Source: the human T2T-CHM13v2.0 reference genome, Homo sapiens. From it: a stretch of 64,000 bases of DNA. Of this stretch, positions 45,291-59,055 are shown piece after piece; position 1 is the stretch's first letter, and each line of letters starts with the position of its first letter. The notes beneath the pieces were generated by a model. It ran no database searches. It had not been told where the DNA came from and saw nothing but the letters and a program-made list of their open reading frames with translations. A program made the position numbers and the translations under genes. The stretch lies in NCBI RefSeq assembly GCF_009914755.1, contig NC_060931.1; one strand, given 5' to 3'.

Positions 45291-47494
45291 AAGTGGTGAC
45301 AAGAAGACATGGCTAGAAATGAAAATGAAAACTCTATACAGTTGGTGTAATAGGGCTAATATTTTTAGATTATTATAGCTAAGACATTTTATATACCTTC
45401 ACTCTCTCTGTCAAGTAAGTGGGCAAAATGAACATTGGCTTTGGAAGAAGAAAAAGGAAGTGGAAATCTGGCTCCTTCACCTTTTCTAGGAAGCAGGGAA
45501 AGGAGAAGGAAAAACAGAAAGGCAAGGAGATCAATTGCCAGATTTAATCCACTCCCAATCCAGGACTGATCTAGAAGGTTAAAGGGCTGCAAACCCTGCA
45601 GGTTGGTATGGAATTTTCTGAGAGCATCATGTTTGTGGCCTACTTTAAAGGCTAGCCTTCATCATTCTGGCCCTGAGAGCAGCCTGATATTTGGCTTGGG
45701 ACCACTTCCCACATCATGTCATAGGAGTAGAGAACCTTTGACAGGAGGAGGTGGCAAGACTGACACGCTGAGGGAGATAGTGAGGCTCCTCAAACACTAC
45801 ATGGAGTGTAGAGGATCCCCGTAAATTCTTAGTGCCCAGGAATAGGGAGTGGAGGATCTGAGAATATGTGTAGCTGGACAGAGACCTAGGGTCAGAATAC
45901 AGAGCACAGAGGGCGGACAGCCCAAGAGGCTGGAGGTGTGGGAAAGGTGTGATCAGTTATATAAAGTAGCTGAGTTCTTCCTTGAGTTTTAGTGTGTAAT
46001 TTTGTAAGCTTACCCCATAAGTGTAGGGCTAGGTGAAAAAAATGGAGGCTATGTTAAGATTTTTGAACTTCCTCTAATTAAAAATGAGAGCTCTGGAAAG
46101 ATTTTTAATTGAGGGCATGGAAAGTTTTAGGAATATCTGTCTTTTGGGAGAGTGAAGGTGAATAGTAAAGGCGAAGTGGCTAGGAAGAGGACTAAAACTA
46201 GTGACATACGGTGGAAACCTGTAGAAGTAATACACAAAAAAGAAGACCCTTAATTAACTGGGGTAGTTAGAGGATGAAAAGAAGGTGATAGAATTTTTGA
46301 CTGAGAGGTCCCAAGAAAGCACATGTGTGAGAAGTGTTCCTTAGAGAGGAGAAAAACCCTCTAAAAATGGTTTGAAGTTTCTACCTAGGGCACCTGCATA
46401 TGTAAGATTATAATTAATTTTTATTGGAAATAAAAGAGGACAAGTGGGGATAGACAGAAAATGCATTCTGTTTGAGGCATATGATGTTTAAGGTACCAGT
46501 GAGGTATTTAATTAGAAATAGTCAAGATGCAATACAGGTGAGGAGCTATTAATTAATGGATAAATTAATTAATATTTTGAGAGCACACACTAAAGTATCA
46601 GGCCCTTGCTCAGCACTACTCATGCAGTTGTGAGTAAAACAAGCAAGTCTTATCTACATACAAATTTGTGAGCACAAATCATTGGAAGTTAATTCTAAAT
46701 TAAGTTCAAACATTAATAAAGTAATCACAGACAGAAAGCCTAAATAATAAACTGTGATAAGAGGCATGAGGTAAAATGACCAGAAGAGTTAGAAGCAGGT
46801 AACAGAAAGACCTGTTCTAAGCAGATAACAGGAAGCGGATAAAAAGAAGAACTGTTCTGAGCCAAGAGGTAAATGAAAGCTTCATTGCAATATATAAAAT
46901 AATTCACCTGAGGTCTGAAGAGTGCATGGAGATACACCAGATGTGTGCGTGTGTGTGCATGTGTGTGTGTGAATGTTGGTATGCAGAGCAGGCATTCCAA
47001 GGCGATTGAATAATTGTAAGGAGTCTCACGCAGGAAGGGGTTTGAGAAGCTAAAAGCAGGCTCTTTTGGTTGACTACAAAGGGGAGAAATTGGTACAGGT
47101 TAAGGTGGACAAGTCCTCTTCAGATAATGGTGAAAGAACTTGTACCAGATGATCTCTCCCAGAGATAATTATTATAAACTCTGGAGGAAAAAACCCACCC
47201 ACCACTGGAAGGCATTGTAGAGCAACCAGAAGGAGGCAGAGACTGGAGGGGAGTAGACCACTGAAAGAAGAAAACTTCCCTAGGTAAAATGTTCTAGGGA
47301 TAATATTTTGAGGGCCCTCCCTTAGTCTGCATTATCTTGGGGCAGCTACAACTGAGGGAGAAAATCACAATCTAACTAGAGTGGTAAGATGAAGATAAAA
47401 AAAAGCTGGAGTATCTGGAAAGTGAGGAAGGAAAGGATGTAGAAAATGGGAAGATAAATATAAAAAAAAAGTCCCCAGTTCAGGCCATGCCTAA

Positions 47495-49066
47495 CTATTT
47501 TATTTTTGATGCTATTCTAAATAAGATTGTTTTTAAATTTCCTTTTTAGATAGCATGTCATTAGTGTGTAGAAAAGCAACTGATTTTTCTATGTTGATTT
47601 TGTGTTGTGCAATTTACTAAATTTATTAGTTCTAGCAGTTTTGGGGAAAGCTTTAGGTTTTTCTATATGTAAAATCATGTCATCTGCAAACAGGGACAAT
47701 TTTACCTCTTTCTAATGTAGATTAGATCTTGAATTGGATTTTAAAATTTCTTTTTCTTGCCTAATTGTTCTGGCTAGGACTTGCAGTACTATGTTAAATA
47801 GAAATAATGAGAGTGTCCGTCCTTGCCTTGTCTCTGATCTTAGTGGAAAAGCTTTTAGTTGTTCGCCATTGAGTATGATGTTAGCTGTTGTATTAGTCTG
47901 TTCTCATGCTGCTCATAAAGACATACCCAAGACCAGGTAATTTATAAAGAAAAAGAAGCTTAATGGACTCACAGTTCCACATGGCTGGGGAGGCCTAACA
48001 ATCAAAGCAGAAGGCAAGGGGAACAAAGTCACACCTTACGTGGCAACAGGCAAGAAAGCTTGTGCAGGGGAACTCCTGTTTATAAAACCACTAGATCTCA
48101 TGAGACTTATTAACTACCATGAGAATAGTATGGGGGAAACTGCCCCCATGATTCAATTATCTCCACCTGGCCCCACGCTTGACACCCTTGACATGTGGGG
48201 ATTATTATTCCCACAATTCAAGCTGAGATTTGGGTGGGGACACAGCCAAGCCATATCAGCAGTGGACTTGCTAGTAAACCACTTAAAAATGAGATAAAGA
48301 CTGGAATAGACATTTCTCCAAAGAAGAGATACACAAATGACCATAAAGTATATGCAAAGATTCTCAATGTCACTAATCATCAGGTAAATGCAAATCAAGA
48401 CCACAATGAGATATTATCTCACACGTTAGGATGACTATTATCAGAAAAAACAAAAGACAAGTGTTGCTGAGGATGTAGAACAATTGGAATCCCTGTATAG
48501 TATTGGTGGAAATGCAAAGTAGTGCAGCTGCTATGGAAAACAGTACAAAAGTTACTAAAAAAATTTAAAAATGGAACTACCATATGATCTATTAATAGCA
48601 ACCCCACTTCAACATATTTATCCAAAATAATTGAAATCAGGATCTTGAAGAGAGATTTGCACTCCCATGTTCATTTCAGCACTATTCACAATAACCAAGA
48701 TGTGGAAGCAATCAAAATGTTCAGTATATAAATGTATAAAGAACACGTGGTAGATACATCCAGTAGCATACTATTCAGCCTTAAAAAGAAGAAAATTCTT
48801 ATCTATGCAACAACGTAGATAAACCTTGTGACATTATGTTAAGTGAAACAAGTCAGTCACCTGTCTACTTATATGAGGTATCAAAATAATCAAACTCATA
48901 GAAGCAAGTAATTGAATGATGATTGCCAGAGGCTGAGGGAGGAGAAATGGCAAGTTGCTAATTAATGTGTGTAAAATTTCAGTTGTGCAAAATGAATCAG
49001 TTCTAGAGATCTGATGTATAACATGGTGCCTATAGATAACATTCTACTGCACACTTAATCTGTTAA
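47495..49066 (+). mobile_element. L1MA (about MA8/MA9) with inverted RT-region segment (47495-48272, minus) and sense 3' segment (48272-49066)
   Basis: antisense [10 protein letters not shown]-like region, then sense atagacatttctccaaagaagagatacac... and an L1MA 3' UTR. Confidence 0.65.
47889..48258 (-). mobile_element. THE1 (C/D-like) MaLR solo LTR
   Basis: tgtattagtctgttctcatgctgct...gggacacagccaagccatatca; 5-bp TSD gc(t/a)gt. Confidence 0.9.
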
Positions 49067-51430
49067 ACTGCTGAACGCCAAAGAGAAAAATTTATAAAAA
49101 CAGCTAAACGAAACCATGTATTACATCCAGAGCAATAGTAATAGACGAGATGGGTGGTTTCTGATCAGAAAGAACAGATGAATCAGACCATTGGACCATT
49201 CTAGCCTCAGAATGACAACTTTAAAGGGATAAAAGAAAGTAAAAAACCTGTCAACTCAGAATTCCACATCCTGTGAATTTTTTTTTTTCAAAACTGAAGG
49301 CAAAATTCAGACATTTACAGAAAAATAAACCAGAAATGTGTTGCCAGTAGGCTGCATTATAAGAAATGTTTGCTGGAAGACTTCTATGATTTTTAAAAAA
49401 GAAAAAAAGAAAAAAATTTGTTAAAGTTATTCAGACTAAAGGAAAATGACTTCAGATGGGAACTCGTATTCTATAGGAAAAAGTGAAAAGGGCTGTAAAT
49501 ACTAAAATGTGAATCGTAAAAAGCCTCATATATGTAAATATATATTTCCTTGTCCCAATTTTTCTAAAAGACATATGGCCATTTAAACCAAAAATATGAA
49601 CTGTATTATAGAGCTTATGATGTATAATAAATATTAATGTAGTAGCACAAAGGATGGTAGCTGTTAAACATATATAGTTGCAAAGTTTTTAAAGCTAATA
49701 TGAAGTAATACATTAAGTGAACTGTAAGAGTCATGGATGTGTATGATAATTCCTGGAGCACCCATCTCTCTCTCTTACACACACATACACACACACACCC
49801 CCTCAATAACATGGATTCAATGCAATACAATTTTCAATTGATTTTACTTAGTTTTTATAACTTGACAATATAATTCTAAAATTTACCTAGAAAAACAAAA
49901 GGACTAAAAAGACAAATATTGAAAAAAAAAGAATAAAAATGAAAGATTTACATGGATTTCAAGAACTGCTACAGCTACAGTATTCAAGGCAGTGTGGTTT
50001 TGACATAAAGACAGAAACACAGAGTAGGAACAGGCCAGAGAGTTCTGAAATAGACCCACACTAATATTGCCATTGATTTTGGTAAAGGTGGAAAAGTAAT
50101 TTTGATAAAGAGGTAACAGAAGTATATCTAATAAATGGTATTATAATGGCTGAATAGCCATATATAGAAAAAGTAACTCAAGGTAGGTCATAAATGTAAA
50201 TGTAAAATCTCAAACAGTAAGTTATCCTAGATGAAGACATAGGAACATATTTTTTTCTCCTTGGGAGTAGGCAAAAGTTTCTTAGGACACAGAAAGAAAT
50301 AACCATAAAGTATAATAAAATAAACTCAAAATCACCACTTCTGTTCATTGAAAGATACCACTAGGAAAATGGATATCCAAGCCAAAGATATGAGTATATA
50401 TTTCCAAATTACATAGTGATAAAGCACTTGGATTGTGAATATATACAGAACATGAGAAATCCAAAATTCAAAACAAACCAGTGAAAAATGAGCAAAAGTC
50501 TTGAAGAGACACTTCACAAAGGAAAATATATGAATGGTCAATAAGCACATGAAAAAGTAGTCAACATTATGAATAATCAAGTAAATGCAAGTTAAGCTAC
50601 CATTTGAGTGTTCCTACTTCAGGCTAAATTGGTAACACCAAAGGTAGGTTTGGATGTAGAGCAATACAACTCTAATTTGTGGGACTATAAAAAATGGCAC
50701 TACTACTTTAGAAAGGAATTTTGCAGCTCTTATAAATTTCAACTTTCAACTTCTCTATAAACCAGTAATTTTAGTAATTTTATGACTTGATATTCAGCAA
50801 AGAGAAATTAAACCAAATGTACAAAAACAACTTGTACACTTGAGACATTTTTAATATTCAACAATAAAATTGCCCCAAACTGGCAATAACCTAAATGTTC
50901 ATCAGTAAGAGAGCTAACAAAAAATTTGTAGTATGTTTAGGATGATGGAATGCTTTTCAGGAATAAAAGAAAGCAAACTACTGAGACAGACAACGGTATG
51001 GAAGAATCTCATAGATAATATTCTGAGTAAAAGAAACTACATACAAAGTACTACGTATTGAGTGAGATTTCATTTTAAGACAGACAAAACTAATCAATGG
51101 TGAAAAATATGCAGAAAGTGAATCATTCTGTAGGGGAGGAGGATTGATTTGAAAGGGCATAAGGAAACATTTTGGGATGATGAAAATGTTATCTTAACAG
51201 AGGTGGATACACCTATTTCGTAAGTGTACGTATTTGTCAAAACTCATCAAATTGTATGCTTTATCATGCATTTTGAAAAATCTGCAAGGAAATATTGACC
51301 TCTAGTTTACAGGTTGGCTTTCGGCAGTGGTATGCATTAGCAATTCTGAGACTACTTTCTATGAATTCTAGGTTGAGCAAATGAAAAAACTTATGTGGAT
51401 AATGAGTTAAATTTCTCACTGTTAGAGAAG
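49067..51430 (+). mobile_element. ancient L1M (MD/ME-like) remnants
   Basis: degenerate ORF1-, ORF2-C-terminal- and 3' UTR-like stretches (cacttcacaaaggaaaatatatgaatggtcaataagcacatgaaaa). Confidence 0.6.
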
Positions 51431-51714
51431 TGACAGAGATTACTAGTCTCTCAAGTTTCTTTCCTTGTCTTCTATGTTAAAAATTATCTAGGTATGTAAT
51501 TACTAACAATGGAGTAGTCATGTTATTTACTAAGATAGAGAATGTTGAGGGAAACCAGATTTGGGGACCATGTTATGAATTCAGTATTGAGCAGAGTGAG
51601 CTTGAGATTCCTTTGAGGTATCTTAGTGGAGATGTTGATCTACAATTTATCATACGTCTCTAAACTTGGGGGAACAATCAGGTCTGAAGATCTAAGTTCA
51701 GAGTTGTGTAGCTA

Positions 51715-51870
51715 ACATTTATTCAATGATTACTAGATACCAGGCACTCTTGTAAGCACATTATATGTAAAAATACATGGTTGAAATAGAACTTATTATT
51801 CTCATTTTACAGATGAAGACACTGAGGCACAGAGTCATTTCATAATTTACCCAAAGTCACAAAGCTTGTC
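51715..51870 (-). mobile_element. MIR SINE
   Basis: attattctcattttacagatgaagacactgaggcacagag...acccaaagtcac. Confidence 0.75.
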
Positions 51871-53938
51871 ACAGGAGTGTATGGAATTATTGAAGTCATT
51901 GACAAATAATATAACAAATGAAGAAAAGAGGCCTAGACAGAGATTACTAGTTGTCCCTCAATATTCCTTCCATTTTCTTTCATATAAAAAAACTATCTGG
52001 GTATGTAACTGCCCAACCTCCTCTGAAACTAGGTTTGATGCATGAGATGTTAAGAAGGACCTGTGTGCCTAGTTTATGAAATACCTGGTGCACTCCCTTT
52101 TGCTGTTTTCCTCTCTTCCTTCCATCTTGTAGTCTGGAATCTAGATGCTACCTTGGACCATGAGGATGCAGATCACACCCTAGAAATTAGAGAGTTCTGA
52201 AGTGGATGTGGTTGATCTGTGGGAACTTTATTTAAGCACTGCAACTTGGGTTTTCTTCTTACTCATTGCTAAATCCAGTCTTAATGCATAAATCTGGATA
52301 ACGGTCTCTAAACAAAAGTGGGAAGACCCAGATGAGCTTGAGAAAGAATGACAGGGAAACCCCTAAAAGTGTTAGTAGGAAAGAGAGTTTGGGGTCACTG
52401 AAGCTAAAGAGAGTCCCCTTCAAGAATGGAGAGATCAGCAGTGCTTGGTGCCACTGAATTTGCAATTAAGATGATAAAAAAAATTTCCCCAGGGTTTACA
52501 CTATTGTGAGAGTCTTTTCCACAGAATGATGAAGGTGGAAACTGGACTGGAGTGATCGAGGTGAAAATGGGAGGAAGAAATGGAGAGTGCATTCATTAAT
52601 AACTCATTTTAGAAGTTTGGCTTTAAAGATGTTAGCAGTTAAAAAAAAAGGTCAATGGAGAATTCTTTTCAATATTGAGAGATCCTAGTATAAAATAAAG
52701 AAAAATGCATGAGAGAGGGAGCTGTTAAAGGTAAAACCAAATAAAGAGATAGGAAAAAATCTGTAGTAATGGGTCTTTGATATAGTAGGAGTGGCTGCCA
52801 TCCATAGCATAAGTGGGGGGATGGGCTTTGGAAAGTTGTATAGCCTGAATTGTAATGTGGGTGGAGAAGGCAGGAAAGCTCTATCCACCCCAGAGAAATT
52901 GGAAAATTGAATATAGTAATTTTGGACATTGAGCATGAACAAACAGATTATGGTAGAAACTGTGGGGATTAAGCTCAGAAACACTTAGAAAAGAGGTTTT
53001 TAAGTAGATGTGGTAGGAACATCAGAAATAGCTGGTGAGTTTTAAAAATGCTATATACTTAGATTTATGGATATTCTAGTGCCAGAGTGGGAGTGGGAAA
53101 GGAAGGTTTGAACTCAATATCAGTTAGGGCATGTTCGATTATGCCATGCTTAAAAAAATTGTCAGTGGATTTATTTCATCCTCTGGCTCCTTATCCATCA
53201 GGAATCAGCCAAAGGCTCTGCTCCACACCATTTTCTCTCAGGGTCCTGGGTCTCATGGAGGCTTCACCTCCTTGCATCCATGAATTCTGAGGCAGAAGAA
53301 AGGGTGGCAAAACGTATGCTAGCTCTTTAATCTCCCACCTAGTAGTCACAATGGTCATTTCTACTTTTATTGATCAAAGCAAGTCATAGAGTGTCCCAAC
53401 TTTAATGGAGCAGTGACTTTCAATACTACCATGCCATGCATTTGAAAGATGGGGAGGGATTGGAAAATTTGGATAAGAGCATTGATGTTTACTACTGAAT
53501 CTGTATTGTTAAAAAGAGGTGTTCAAGGAGAAGTATTAAGTACTTATGTCCCCCAGTGAACTACAGTGGCCTAGAGTAAGAAGTTAAGAAGATTGTGTAG
53601 AAAACCTGCCATAACATTAACATTTTAGGAAAGACGAAGTGAGGATTCAAGATAAAGCTCAGTCAGAGGACAGAGGAAAGGAAGGACTAAGTAGTGTATC
53701 AGAGGTGAAAGCAATGATTGCTTCTCTGACTTCTGGAAAGAGAAGGGATTTCTAAGGATAAATACAAAAGAAAAAAATTAGAGTGCAAAATATAAATATG
53801 ACCACATAAAGTATACATTTATAACTTTAAAAATTGGGAAAATATTGCAACAAATCTGAGACAAAAGTTTTAATATATACAGACCTCTTACAAAGCACAT
53901 GTCAATAAATAAGGGAAATCTGAAGTAGAAAAGGACAC

Positions 53939-54357
53939 TGTGATTTTAAATTATTGTTCAAAAACATTCACTCCCTTCAGTGTCTTACATCTATCCACCC
54001 AAAAGGGAATATACTTTCCAGCCCCTTGACTATGGGCTCAGCCATGTGACATGTTTAGCTAAATAGATAAATATTAGCAAATATAAGGAAAGACTTAAAT
54101 GTACTTGTATGGAGGGATTGGCCCTTACATCTCTGAAATTACCATGAAAAGGCTCTTTCCCCTAAAGCATGATGATATAAGAAAGATGACACGTGTGGAT
54201 CAGACCTTACCCAATATACACATAAAGCTGGGCACAGCCAAGCCCAGCCTAATTCAGCCAACCTGCAGTCAACCTGCAGATATGTAAGCAAATAAGTATT
54301 CCTGTTTTGTGCCACTGAGAGTGCATGGTTGTTACACAGAAATAGCAGACTGATACA
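53939..54357 (+). mobile_element. MLT1-type MaLR LTR
   Basis: tg...ca ends; tgccactgag...ttgttacacagaaatagcagactgataca; TSD gaca(c/t). Confidence 0.7.
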
Positions 54358-54361
54358 GACA

Positions 54362-55690
54362 TGTCTTGAGTTAGGTTCTTTAGAAATAGACTCTGTTTTG
54401 GCAAGCAGAATATTTATTAGGGATTAACACCTTTGGAAAAAAGAAGATGGAAGCTGAATTGAGCAGAGGAAGAAGTTGAGCTGTGATGCAGGCTCAGAAA
54501 AGCCTTGATCAATTTCATGGAGCGCTCTAGGCCAAATGTGGCTCATTAGAGCTGTCACATGCTAGACAAAATGGCCTTAATATCACTGCTACAGTCAATC
54601 ATAAGATATCGGCCACCCCAGGAAGGGTGTGCCATTGGAAAAAGTGGCTCTCTGCAGCTGAGGCAGACTGTTAACAGCTAGAGTCTGTATGCAGACTATT
54701 CCCAGTGGTTGGGGAAAACTGGCTTTCCTTGAAGAAGGATCTGGAAAGTGAATCTTTATGTCCACTATAACTTATCCCTTGAGAGGCTCCATAACACTGT
54801 GAGTCTTTCTTCTTTGGGGAAAATTGGGAATAACTAGAGCTATTGGCAATGCAGCTGTTTTGGAGGCTGGAACTGATGCTCGTTACCTCCCTCCTCTAAT
54901 CTCCATGCTCAGTTCTCCTCATCTTCACCTAGTAACTGCTGGGCCTGGTGGTTTACCTGGTGGCATGACACAGATTTTCATTCCCGAAAGGTCTAAGCCT
55001 CTGGTCACCCTGTTCTTCTCAGTCTGATATTGCGGCACTTTTTCATTGACCACCACAATTGGGCAAGAGAGTCCTAAGGGGCACCCCAAGCATTCACCTG
55101 GGTATCACGCATATTTCCCTGAAGCTCATTGTGCAACAGCAGCCCTACCTCCTCCTGACTGCCATGATGTTGATTCCTTTGCCTGCTTCCTAGTATCTAG
55201 ACATGAGAAATTCAAAGGGCCCAGGGGCAGAGCTAGCTTATAGTTCAATGAGACTCTCAGTATGTCCTTTGGCAGAGTATATCTCCTTTAGGGACCAAGA
55301 CATCCAACTGCAGAGCCTAAAGTTGAGACTAAAAATGATAGGAAGCAAATTTTCCATGGTGGTAATCACTTGGTTCTAAGACCCATGTGCTCTTCCCACC
55401 CAGGATACAGTTCTGTATAAAGGTCTTTACTGCATCTGGAAGGACGGGACTCCATCTTCACAGAGTATTGCCTCCAAGAGAGTCCTTCAAATGTGTGTTC
55501 AGCAGACTGTTTCACTGCTCTCTTGGGCCACCACTTTCTGCATGGTATGATAGGTAATACAATCAGTGGATTCCATGGCCATGAACCTACTTTATGTAGA
55601 GTGGGTTCCTTAGTCTGACATGATGTCATATGGCATCTCATGCTGGTGATGTATCAAACCGCCTATGAGCTTCCAGATAGTGGTGCTGTG
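54362..55690 (-). mobile_element. ERVL-class element: LTR33-like LTR (54362-~54768) plus internal sequence
   Basis: gaagttgagctgtgatgcagg and gtggctctctgcagctgaggca motifs, followed by ERVL-like internal sequence. Confidence 0.6.
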
Positions 55691-55870
55691 TGGCTTATAA
55701 TACTGGAGAATTTGTAGCATCTAAATGCCTACTAATAGAATAAATAGCATGTGGTATATTTATACAAAGTATCATTTTCAAAAATATTAAAGTTACATGT
55801 ATTATCACAGAAGGTTTGCTGAGACACTAAACAAAGCAAGTTTTGGAATTTGATGCTACAAGTTGAGCGG

Positions 55871-55896
55871 GTGTGTGTGTGTGTGTGTGTGTGTGT
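55871..55896. repeat. (GT)n microsatellite
   Basis: directly visible. Confidence 0.9.
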
Positions 55897-56022
55897 ATCA
55901 ATACACAAAAACTCTAGGATACACACCATCAAACCATTAACTATGGTTTTCAGTGGGGAGAGAAATGGGATTTGGAGGTTGCCAGATTAAGTGGTAGTCA
56001 CAGAGCAGTGTGGAATTCTTAC

Positions 56023-56074
56023 ATTGTACTGTGTAGGTTGTTGAATCATGAACATACATTCAAGCGTTTCTTTT
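56023..56074 (-). pseudogene. candidate exon of the decayed gene
   Basis: tatattttag|A...AAT|GTAAGA; 52 nt; open frame KETLECMFMIQQPTQYN. Confidence 0.5.
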
Positions 56075-56665
56075 CTAAAATATACAGACTTTAAAAGTTG
56101 AAAATAGATTAATGAATCAGGGAATGTTAAGGGATTATAAGGCCTGGAGGGACCTGAATTTTCCAGCACTTTATGACCTCTCTCCAAAGACCTATTTTTA
56201 GCACTAATGATCTCCCCTGTTTCTTACCATCTAATTCTACGCTGCTTTAAATTGTTATTTTGGATTTTAATTGTTTTATATCTTGATTCTCATATTATTA
56301 CAAGCTCTTTGAGCCAAGGGAGTATGATGCTTTACATATCCAATCCCTTCCTACATACACGTTCACCCCTTTTTCAGGACTCCACAGAAGGCAGGCATGT
56401 GGGAGATACTCTAAATATTCATTAAATGAAAAATTGTTTTAAAAATCTTCTGTAGAGCAGTATCTACATTACCCTTTAATCCTTTCCATTAGTGAATAAT
56501 TTCATACTTTAAAATCCATTTGGTATGCATTACCTCATTTGATCTCACATTAACATAGAGTTCTAGACAACGCAGATGCTATTTCTTTAGTTTTCAGGAG
56601 AAGAAAGTGAAGCTAAAGGTCATTTGACCAACTCAGTATCAAAGCTTTGAATGAAAGAGTCTTAC

Positions 56666-56778
56666 GACTCCTCATAGAATAACTTTGTCATTATAGATCA
56701 CATGCACATATTTTACTCAGATCAGTCTGCATGAAACTCAAAATATGTTAGAATGAATTAAAGTAACTGCTTCGTTTT
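56666..56778 (-). pseudogene. candidate exon of the decayed gene
   Basis: ttttctttttcag|AA...GTC|GTAAGA; 113 nt; begins (E)NEAVTLIHSNIF; stops occur in all three frames, so the downstream frame is ambiguous. Confidence 0.55.
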
Positions 56779-56880
56779 CTGAAAAAGAAAACATTATCAT
56801 AGTATTCAGAAATTCGATCTTGACTTAACAGTAGCTGAGACTAAACAAATGCCATTGTGAAATTTATATACAGTATTTGC

Positions 56881-57029
56881 CTAATTTAGGAGCAGAGGAA
56901 AAGATTGGAGTTGTATAATTTTTCAGTATTTCAAAGGGAGAATGACAGTGTCCGTTGTAGGAAACACATATGGAATTAGGAGATGGCCCAGCACTGTTCT
57001 TTTTTATGTACAAAGTCACTGATTCTGAT
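56881..57029 (-). pseudogene. candidate exon of the decayed gene, fully open
   Basis: atttaccccag|A; 149 nt, SESVTLYIKKNSAGPSPNSICVSYNGHCHSPFEILKNYTTPIFSSAPKL; GC-type donor TAG|GCAAAT; 102-bp phase-1 intron to the next exon. Confidence 0.55.
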
Positions 57030-57052
57030 CTGGGGTAAATAATTTGCCACAT

Positions 57053-58020
57053 TCTTTCTTTTTTTTTAAATTGATATATTATTGTTGTACATATGTTGGG
57101 GTATATGGGATTTTTTGATACATGTATAAATGTGTAATGATCAAGTAAGTGTAATTGGGATATTCATCACTTCAAAAATTTATCTTTTCTTTGTATTGGG
57201 AACATTATAATTCTTTTCTTCCAGCTATTTGAAAAATACAATAAATTATTGTTAAACTATAATTTTCCTACTGTATTATTGAATACTGGTTCTTAACTTT
57301 CTATTTGTTTTTTGGTACCCATTAACCAACTCTATCCCCACACCCTTCCTTTCCTATGCTCTGGTAACTACCGTTCTATGCTCTGTCTCCATGAAATCTA
57401 TTTTTTAGCTCTCACATATGAGTGGGAACATAAAATATTTTTCTAAGCATGGCTTATTTCACTTAACATGATGGCCTCCAGTTTTATCTGTGTTGCTGCA
57501 AATGACAGAAATGCATTCTTTTTGTGGCTGAATAGTATTTCATTGTGCATATATATCATATTTTAAAATCCATTCATTTGTTGATGGGCACCTAGGTTGA
57601 TTCCATATCTTGGCTATTGTGAACAGGGCTATAATAAACATGAAAGTGTAGATATCTCTTCTATATACTGACTTCCTATTTTTTGGATATCTACCTGGCA
57701 GTGGGACTGCTGGATCATATGTTCATTCTATTTCTAGGTTTTTGAGGAAGGCTTGCACTATTTTCCATAATGGCTGTTCTACTTTACGTTCCCATCAACA
57801 GTGTATGAGCATTACTTATTTTCTGCATCCTCGCCAGCATTTATTATTTTTTGTCTTTTTGATGATAGCCATTCTAAATGGGGTGAGATTAAATTTCTTT
57901 GTGATTTTGATATGCATTTCCTTGGTGATTAGTGATGTTGAGCATTTTTCCATATACTTATTGGCCATTTGTATGTCTCCTTTTGAGGAATGTCTATTCA
58001 GGCCATTTGCCTATTTTAAA
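57053..58020 (-). mobile_element. L1MA (about MA3-MA5) 3' end
   Basis: ttgtacatatgttggggtatatggg...tgtgtaatgatcaagt L1MA 3' terminus, antisense; ORF2 C-terminal region to ~58020. Confidence 0.75.
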
Positions 58021-58606
58021 AAATTTTTTTTATGATTATACTTTAAGTCCTGGTTTACATGTGCAGAATGTACAGGTTTGTTACATAGGTATACACGTGC
58101 CATGGTGGTTTGCTACACTCATCAACCCATCATCTACATTAGGTATTTCTCCTAATGCTATCCCTCCCCTAACCCCCAAACCCCTGACAGGCCCCAGTGT
58201 GTGACATTCCCCTTCCTGTGTCCATGTGTTCTCATTGTCCAACTCCCACTTATGAGTGAGAACATATGATGTTTGGTTTTCTGTTCCTATGTTTGCTGAT
58301 AATGATGGTTTCCAGCTTCACCCGTGTCCCTGCAAAGGACATGAATTCATCCTTTTTTATGGCTGCATAGTATTCCCTGGTGTATACATGCCACATTTTC
58401 TTAATCCCATCTAACACTGATGGGCATTTGGGTTGGTTCCAAGTCTTTGATATTGTAAACAGTGCTGCAAAAAACATATATGTGCTTATGTCTTTATAGT
58501 AGAATTATAATCCTTTGGGTGTATACCTAGTAATGGGATTGTTGGGTCAAATGGTATTTCTGGCTCTAGATCCTTGAGGAATTGCCACACTGTCTTCCAC
58601 AATGGT
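58021..58606 (-). mobile_element. L1PA (about PA7/PA8) 3' fragment
   Basis: ttatactttaagtcctggtttacatgtgcagaatg; ORF 58250-58477 encodes the ORF2 C-terminus. Confidence 0.85.
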
Positions 58607-58659
58607 GTCATGCTGCAGGAAGGGGATGTGGTGGAAAAAGCATTCTGCCACAGTTGTAC

Positions 58660-59055
58660 TGCTACAATTTGAATATTTGTCCTTTCTAAACCTCATGCTG
58701 AAATTTGATCCTTAGTGTTGGAGACGGGGCCTGATGAAAGGTGTTTGGGGCATGTGGGCAGATTAATGCCCTCCCTTGGGGGTGAGCAACTTCTTATTCT
58801 ATTAGATTCCACAAGTGCTGGTTGTTCTTTCTTTAAAAAAGAAAAAAAATGCCAGAAACCTCTCCTCTCTCTTTTCCTCCTCTCACACCATGTAATCTCT
58901 GTAAAACCTGGTTTCTCTATGCCTTCCACCAGGAGTGGAAGCTGCCCGTGCTTCTTGTAAAACCTGCGGAACTGTGAACTAAATAAAGCTCTTTTCTTTA
59001 TAAATTACCCAGCTTCAGGTATTCCTTTACAGCAATGTAAAAATGAACTAAGACA
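58660..59055 (+). mobile_element. MST-type MaLR solo LTR
   Basis: tgctacaatttgaatatttgtcc...aataaa...actaagaca; TSD tgta(c/t). Confidence 0.8.

Noticed and set aside
45389-45592. Hydrophobic ORF LLAFLFFLLLSLLP as a TM segment
   Set aside because: The hydrophobicity comes from a polypyrimidine tract, not a supported coding exon
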